A DNA stretch of 64,000 bases from an uncultured Gammaproteobacteria bacterium (GTDB taxonomy: Bacteria; Patescibacteriota; Patescibacteriia; UBA9934). Position 1 is the stretch's first letter, and each line of letters opens with the position of its first letter. The position numbers and the translations under genes are program-made. Where the stretch lies: positions 515,053-579,052 of the forward strand of contig CAYVLY010000001.1 of assembly GCA_964452565.1 (NCBI GenBank). The letters run 5' to 3'. Below the pieces are notes generated by a model. That model did not search any database. It saw nothing but the letters and a program-made list of their open reading frames with translations, and was not told where the DNA came from. Of this stretch, positions 59,801 through 64,000 are shown piece by piece.

Positions 59801-61888
59801 GCAGAGGCAGAAGCAGCTCCAATAAAAAATGACGCTGGCGAACTAATGGCGATTGTTGGGCGGGCAAAAGACGTAACTAAGGAGCTTGAAGCAAAACAAT
59901 TGCTTGAGGATACTAAAGAACGGTTCGAGGATATTGCTAATAGCTCTGGTGACTGGATTTGGGAAGTTAATGCGCAAGGTCAATACACCTATGCATCTGG
60001 AAAGGTAAAGCAAATCCTTGGCTACTCACCGAAAGAACTTCTAGGAAAGACCCCATTCGATTATATGCCAGAAGAAGAGGCTGCCAAGATCGGTAAGGCA
60101 TTTGGGGTAATAGCTAAAGGCAAAAAACCTATTATTGATTTGGAAAACTGGAATGTAACAAAATCAGGAAAACGTGTATGTCTACTAACAAATGGGGTGC
60201 CGCTATTAGAGGATGGAAAATTAATTGGATATCGTGGAGTTGATAAAGACATCACCCAAAGCAAGGTTGCAGAGCAAAAAGCTGAGGATGAAGTCAAAAA
60301 CTATGAGCTGCTCTCAAAAATAGGCATCGCACTTAATGCATCTGAATCATTTGAAGAAACCATAAGCGGCATCCTAGAACAACTTAGTGAATCATTTATG
60401 TTGGATGGAATTATCGGCTTCACGCTGGACGATAAGACTGATATAGCACGAGCTTCATTCTCCTGGCAGAGAAAAAAAGATTACTGCCTTAAAGATGGAA
60501 AGATCGACCTAGGCTCGACGCCTTCATTTGTAAAAATGCTCAAGGAAAAGGGTGTGGTTTTGGCAGATGACATCAAAAAACTGCCAAACGATCTTTACAT
60601 ATTCCTAAAGTCGAAAAAAATAAAATCTATTCTATCACTTCCAATTAAACCATTCCGAGCTACCAATGGATTTATATGCTTCCATTCGATTGAAAGAAGC
60701 AGGCACTGGCATCCAGAAGAGGTGCGTGTGCTAAAGATTATCGCTAACATGCTTTCTCAGGCACTTGAGAGACGGATGATTCGTGAAGAGACTGAGGCAG
60801 AGCGAGAAAAGCTACATAAGACACTCTATAACATCGGAGATGCTGTGATTGCCGTTGATAGAGACCTTAAGGTCACTCAATTCAACAAAGTCGCTGCAGA
60901 TATCACTGGTATCAAGCCTGAACAAATCCTCGGAAAACGCTATGACACAAAAATCAGGTTTGTCCATGCAGATAATGACAAAAAGGTGGACCAATTCATT
61001 TTAGATGTATTTGCAACTGGCGAACGGCAGATTATGCATGACAAGACTGTGCTTATCGATGCACAAGGAAAGAAAAAACCAATTGCCGACAGTGCAGCAC
61101 CATTAAAAGACGCACGAGGAAATATTATTGGATGTGTTGTAGTATTCCGTGACATCACACTTGAGCAAGAGATTGATAAAATGAAAACTGAGTTTGTGTC
61201 AGTAGCATCCCATCAGCTCCGCACTCCACTTGGAGGTATAAAATGGTTTACTGAACTGCTACAAAATGAATCGCTGGGCAAGCTTACTACAAAACAAAAA
61301 GATGCAGTTAGCAACATTGCGCTAAGCAATGAGCGCATGATAACCCTTGTCAAAGACCTTTTGAATGTATCACGCATGGAAGAAGGCCAAGAGCTAATCA
61401 TAAAACGCAAGCAAATAAATATCTGTAAAATTATTGAGTCTGTCATTAAAGAAGATTCTATTCTTGCAAAAAGTCGACACGTCACAGTAGAGCCCACTGA
61501 AGAATGTAAGGGTAAAAAACGCATAATACTAAGTGTGGATCCAAAACGTATTGAGCAGGTCATTCATAACATCCTAAATAATGCGATCAAATACTCAAAA
61601 CGTAATGGAAAGGTGACGGTTGGTATAAAACAAACTCCGAAAGAAGCAACATTCATCATCAAGGATTATGGAGTTGGGATTCCAAAACGCCAGCAAGCTA
61701 GAGTGTTTGAGAAATTCTTCCGCGCAGACAATATTCTCACTATGCAGACTGATGGTACTGGCCTTGGGCTTTATATATGTAAAGTGATAATTGAGGCGCA
61801 TGGCGGAAAAATATGGTTTGAATCTGAAGTAGGCAAAGGGACCACAGTGTACTTTACGATTCCAAAGAAGACGCCTCGAAAACAATAA
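56876..61888 (+). CDS. Cytoplasmic multi-PAS/GAF sensor histidine kinase (1670 aa)
   Basis: More than 10 PAS-like repeats. The first two are near-identical (KDRSRKYIFVNTAAAKMIGKPKSKIIGKT... and KDANRKYTFVNPAAAKMMGLSVSKIIGKT...). HisKA H-box SHQLRTPL. HATPase_c motifs (NAIKYS, DYGVGIP, GTGLGLYI). No adjacent response regulator. A TATAAT lies immediately upstream. Confidence 0.8.
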   Translation: MRTKGNEINFPKIIEHVSDAVFVKDRSRKYIFVNTAAAKMIGKPKSKIIGKTAEQVFSKADAEKIRKVDNANFQGKKVDVVEQLTKNGIEHYLHTVQNPIKDRNGNIVGISGTVRDVTEESKQKEELMEVKENLSTITDNLKDAIFAKDANRKYTFVNPAAAKMMGLSVSKIIGKTPEQIFSKKNAQKIRKVDNKNFRGKKVDQVENLTINGRIFYLHTVQIPIKGKNGKVIGISGVVRDVTDSHERQKQLEDAKKTAERLLDIAGVMIIALDPQGKVSMINERGCEILGYKRDEIIGKDWFYHFLPKGHIKEVKGVFNKIIEGDLKLTKFYENPILRKDGSQRMIAWHNSYVEDEDGNITGILSSGEDITERKKGEEELKESEHLLSRAQEITHLGHWRLDAKTLKVTGSDELFKIFGFPRDRSTLDDFAKVVHPDDREYDLGMIQRGLKEGKPWDIEHRLLLKNGTIKHVHAIGEVVKDKKGKVDYLIGTVQDITEKKQAEQTLKKSKEIIDVTNHSVITTDLKGIITSANNGACKIFGYSPDELIGHPVSRIYPESSIKELKHTIGTLKQGKSILNIKGRAQRKNKETITMLASFHPLKDERGNVTELLGISRDISKEEEVQMEIKNLQEYLDLQVQRMPLGLIVWDADFKVKSWNPMAEKIFGFKEKEALGKHPYDLIVPKSAQKHVDKIWGRLLEGDKTAHSENSNFTKNGKNIFCAWSNTPLKDGKKVVGVLSMVQDITARKQAQEELVTNEERYRTVFESVKDMIIVEDAKTGEIIDVNKATVDQTGYSKEELMKMGVAGFSPKGPKFSQKKIIEKIKKAAQGKPQTFEWGFVHKNGKLHHTIVHLSRTQFGGDYRLVAVASDVTKQRKFEEQLRSNEEQFRTIFNFSPASTVLWDLSGKIIRCNEMFVRLHKAKGGKDAQVGRNIAEFVSKDQHKFLADRIGQVIKTGKNSGIINFTMMRDDGSTFKAEAEAAPIKNDAGELMAIVGRAKDVTKELEAKQLLEDTKERFEDIANSSGDWIWEVNAQGQYTYASGKVKQILGYSPKELLGKTPFDYMPEEEAAKIGKAFGVIAKGKKPIIDLENWNVTKSGKRVCLLTNGVPLLEDGKLIGYRGVDKDITQSKVAEQKAEDEVKNYELLSKIGIALNASESFEETISGILEQLSESFMLDGIIGFTLDDKTDIARASFSWQRKKDYCLKDGKIDLGSTPSFVKMLKEKGVVLADDIKKLPNDLYIFLKSKKIKSILSLPIKPFRATNGFICFHSIERSRHWHPEEVRVLKIIANMLSQALERRMIREETEAEREKLHKTLYNIGDAVIAVDRDLKVTQFNKVAADITGIKPEQILGKRYDTKIRFVHADNDKKVDQFILDVFATGERQIMHDKTVLIDAQGKKKPIADSAAPLKDARGNIIGCVVVFRDITLEQEIDKMKTEFVSVASHQLRTPLGGIKWFTELLQNESLGKLTTKQKDAVSNIALSNERMITLVKDLLNVSRMEEGQELIIKRKQINICKIIESVIKEDSILAKSRHVTVEPTEECKGKKRIILSVDPKRIEQVIHNILNNAIKYSKRNGKVTVGIKQTPKEATFIIKDYGVGIPKRQQARVFEKFFRADNILTMQTDGTGLGLYICKVIIEAHGGKIWFESEVGKGTTVYFTIPKKTPRKQ

Positions 61889-61931
61889 TACAAAAACACC
61901 CTCGAGCTCGACTCAAGGGTGTTTTTTATTT

Positions 61932-63758
61932 TTATTGAATAACGCCTCCCCACTCAACCACTGTGAATCCTTCACGGTCAAATGTTTCAATCTTCATGGG
62001 ATTTGATGCAATCGGCTCATTAAGCTCTGTAAAGTCCATTAATATTCTGAATATCGAATCTGGCTCAACCGAGAGCTTCATTGGTGCGATCGCGTCCATA
62101 ACCTGCGTGCCATGGAATCCGATCTTGTAATACGGTGCCTCCTGCATTCGCGGATACCAGAACTCCATAAAGTCAAAGATCTCTTGGTTGTTCAGTCCAT
62201 ACTTTCCAAGTGTCTTTATTAAGAACCGCTCAACTTCAGCCTGCTCTACAACCCAGTAGTACTTTGGCGCAGAGTACACACCTCCGCGACCCTCCCAGAA
62301 CAAGTAAGTATATTCTTTGCCATCTTTGAGGTTTGTAAGCGTTCCGTCAGTCTGTGCAATAACCGACCATCCATCATCATACACTGGCTCAGTGTATGTG
62401 AATCCGCCTTGCGGCTCGATCATCACATCAATCTGCATTTCTTCTTCTGGATATAGATAGATTACTGGCTTTCCACACTCAGCAGCTGGAACAATCTCAT
62501 TATTCTCAAACTCAATCCATCGTCCCAAAGAGTCTTGATAATAAAAGTATGGGTTCATTGCTATAAACTCCTCAAATGACCCTTCGTCATTTCGTAGAAG
62601 CCATTGTGTGTACTCATCCACATAGTACTCCATGGAATATTCAATTGGCTCGTAAATGTCATAAACCACCCCATGTGCTTCGACTGATCCAGTTGCTTCT
62701 AAAGAGCCAATCTCATCTAAATCAGCAATATTGGTTGGTGACATGTAGCCGCACCTATATGACTCGGCTTTAGAGTAAGCATATTCATTTTCTATTCCAT
62801 CATCCCATGCAACTGGAACAACTTGATTATACCCATCCACATTATCCCAAAATGGAACTTTTATATCGTATACAATAACCCTGCTATCCGCGCTGGTATA
62901 GAAGAACAGGTTATCAAACACAGACAACGCCGAATCGCTCGTTTGTTCAATTAGGTTCCCATCGTGGTCTGACAACCGATACAATACTTTGCCATCCAGA
63001 TACCCCTCGATGCTAAATTCTCTGACATCGATCTCATTAGGATAACCTGTATAACTTCCAATTCCGAGCAATACATACTCATTGCCATCCGAATCAACAA
63101 TATCGCCATACTCAAACTCCTCAATAACTGAATCTGTATCAAAATTCATCTCCCGAGCCAGGACCGAAATTACTGACTCCCCTGTATTTGATGAACTTGA
63201 TGAATCGTACCTTTCTAGCACTGAATCAAACTCTGTCTCAGAAGAAAATCCACCCAGAATTGTTAGATACCCATCCAGCAAGACCGATTTCTGTGTCTCA
63301 TTGTCTGGAACTAGGATATAAAAAGTGTCATATGCATAACCCATGCCAGCAATCTTTGCGATCTGCATGGTAAGTTTATATCCTTCATATATTCCGGATT
63401 GGATCTCACCAATCTCATATGCGATAACCTCCTCTACATCATCCTCATCATATGGTTCTCGATCTTCGTCAAGAAATGCCATAGCTAATGCTGAATTTGG
63501 CTCAATCTCAGAGTGTGTTGAAAGCCAAGAAATGTCGAGTATTTCCGAATTCTCAAGCACAGTTGGCTCAACTTCCTCGACCTCCACTTCCTCCTCTTCC
63601 TCGTCAATATCTTCAACATCTTCGACATCATCATCAACAAAAACTACATCACTATCTGATTGATTAGAGAGCCAATAGCCGGCCCCAAAAGCGACAATGG
63701 CTAGTCCAACTGCCGCTGCAATTAGGATCACCCAGATCCCTGTAAAACCTTTTTTCAT
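61932..63758 (-). CDS. Secreted/membrane-anchored hypothetical protein with an acidic N-terminal region (608 aa)
   Basis: N-terminal TM (GIWVILIAAAVGLAIVAFGAGYWL) then a D/E-rich stretch. Confidence 0.45.
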   Translation of the reverse strand: MKKGFTGIWVILIAAAVGLAIVAFGAGYWLSNQSDSDVVFVDDDVEDVEDIDEEEEEVEVEEVEPTVLENSEILDISWLSTHSEIEPNSALAMAFLDEDREPYDEDDVEEVIAYEIGEIQSGIYEGYKLTMQIAKIAGMGYAYDTFYILVPDNETQKSVLLDGYLTILGGFSSETEFDSVLERYDSSSSSNTGESVISVLAREMNFDTDSVIEEFEYGDIVDSDGNEYVLLGIGSYTGYPNEIDVREFSIEGYLDGKVLYRLSDHDGNLIEQTSDSALSVFDNLFFYTSADSRVIVYDIKVPFWDNVDGYNQVVPVAWDDGIENEYAYSKAESYRCGYMSPTNIADLDEIGSLEATGSVEAHGVVYDIYEPIEYSMEYYVDEYTQWLLRNDEGSFEEFIAMNPYFYYQDSLGRWIEFENNEIVPAAECGKPVIYLYPEEEMQIDVMIEPQGGFTYTEPVYDDGWSVIAQTDGTLTNLKDGKEYTYLFWEGRGGVYSAPKYYWVVEQAEVERFLIKTLGKYGLNNQEIFDFMEFWYPRMQEAPYYKIGFHGTQVMDAIAPMKLSVEPDSIFRILMDFTELNEPIASNPMKIETFDREGFTVVEWGGVIQ

Positions 63759-63769
63759 AATTAATCGGG

Positions 63770-63952
63770 TTACTTTATATATGATGTTGTTATAACACCG
63801 TTTTGTATTTGTGTCACGAGCTCTTCTGACGATACTTCTGCAAGATCAGCAAACAGGTCAACGGCCTCAACGTCTGTCATTGGTACTGGCTGGCTTCCCT
63901 GTGTCCAAACTGGCATCAAGTGAATCTCAATCTCGTCAGAATCGATAATCAC
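63770..63952 (-). CDS. Small hypothetical ORF (GTG start)
   Basis: 60-aa ORF upstream of and co-directional with 61932-63758. Weak support. Confidence 0.2.
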   Translation of the reverse strand: MIIDSDEIEIHLMPVWTQGSQPVPMTDVEAVDLFADLAEVSSEELVTQIQNGVITTSYIK

Positions 63953-64000
63953 ACCTGCTGTTAGTGCCGGAAAGGTAACTGGATCAACCTGATCGAATAT

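Overview
The window is an AT-rich (about 40-45% GC) bacterial contig with a reduced housekeeping gene set. Those genes include pilB, smr, tsaE, tsaD, a yhhQ-like gene, a trmB-like gene, an AI-2E permease, hsp20, vanW, corC/CNNM, clpP, nrnA, a VKOR homolog, a short SMC, rpsP, a KH-domain gene, trmD, pgm, and a large multi-PAS histidine kinase. There is also a stand-alone 16S rRNA gene with no linked 23S, and five tRNAs: Glu, Ile, Pro, Phe and Gly. The 16S sequence variants and the gene content suggest a Patescibacteria/CPR-like lineage, but that is inference only.

Two things dominate the window.

(1) A 7,378-bp integrative element is inserted as two perfectly identical tandem copies into the 3' end of tRNA-Glu(TTC), spanning 9697-24452. 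A 10-bp core, GGTCACCAAA, is repeated at the three junctions. Each copy carries a large serine recombinase whose 3' end crosses the att core, a tyrosine recombinase, an HTH/zinc-ribbon regulator, a translationally coupled gene pair (389 aa and 324 aa) of unknown function, an Xis/AlpA-like HTH, an HExxH protein and a 162-aa protein.

(2) At least seven GC-rich islands (about 60-65% GC) are scattered through the window. Each is built the same way: a canonical TTGACA-17bp-TAnnnT promoter, a GGAGG ribosome-binding site, and a GC-hairpin terminator. They encode small secreted or membrane proteins and a second KH-domain gene. Several are flanked by dispersed repeats, duplicated leaders, or, in one case, perfect 19-bp terminal inverted repeats.

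Other notable structure includes degenerate tRNA-Gly 3' fragments downstream of tRNA-Gly (att-scar-like), a tandem array of paralogous small membrane-protein genes with hairpin leaders, and a direct-repeat operator over the clpP promoter. Functions for the element cargo and for the GC-rich island proteins cannot be assigned from sequence alone.
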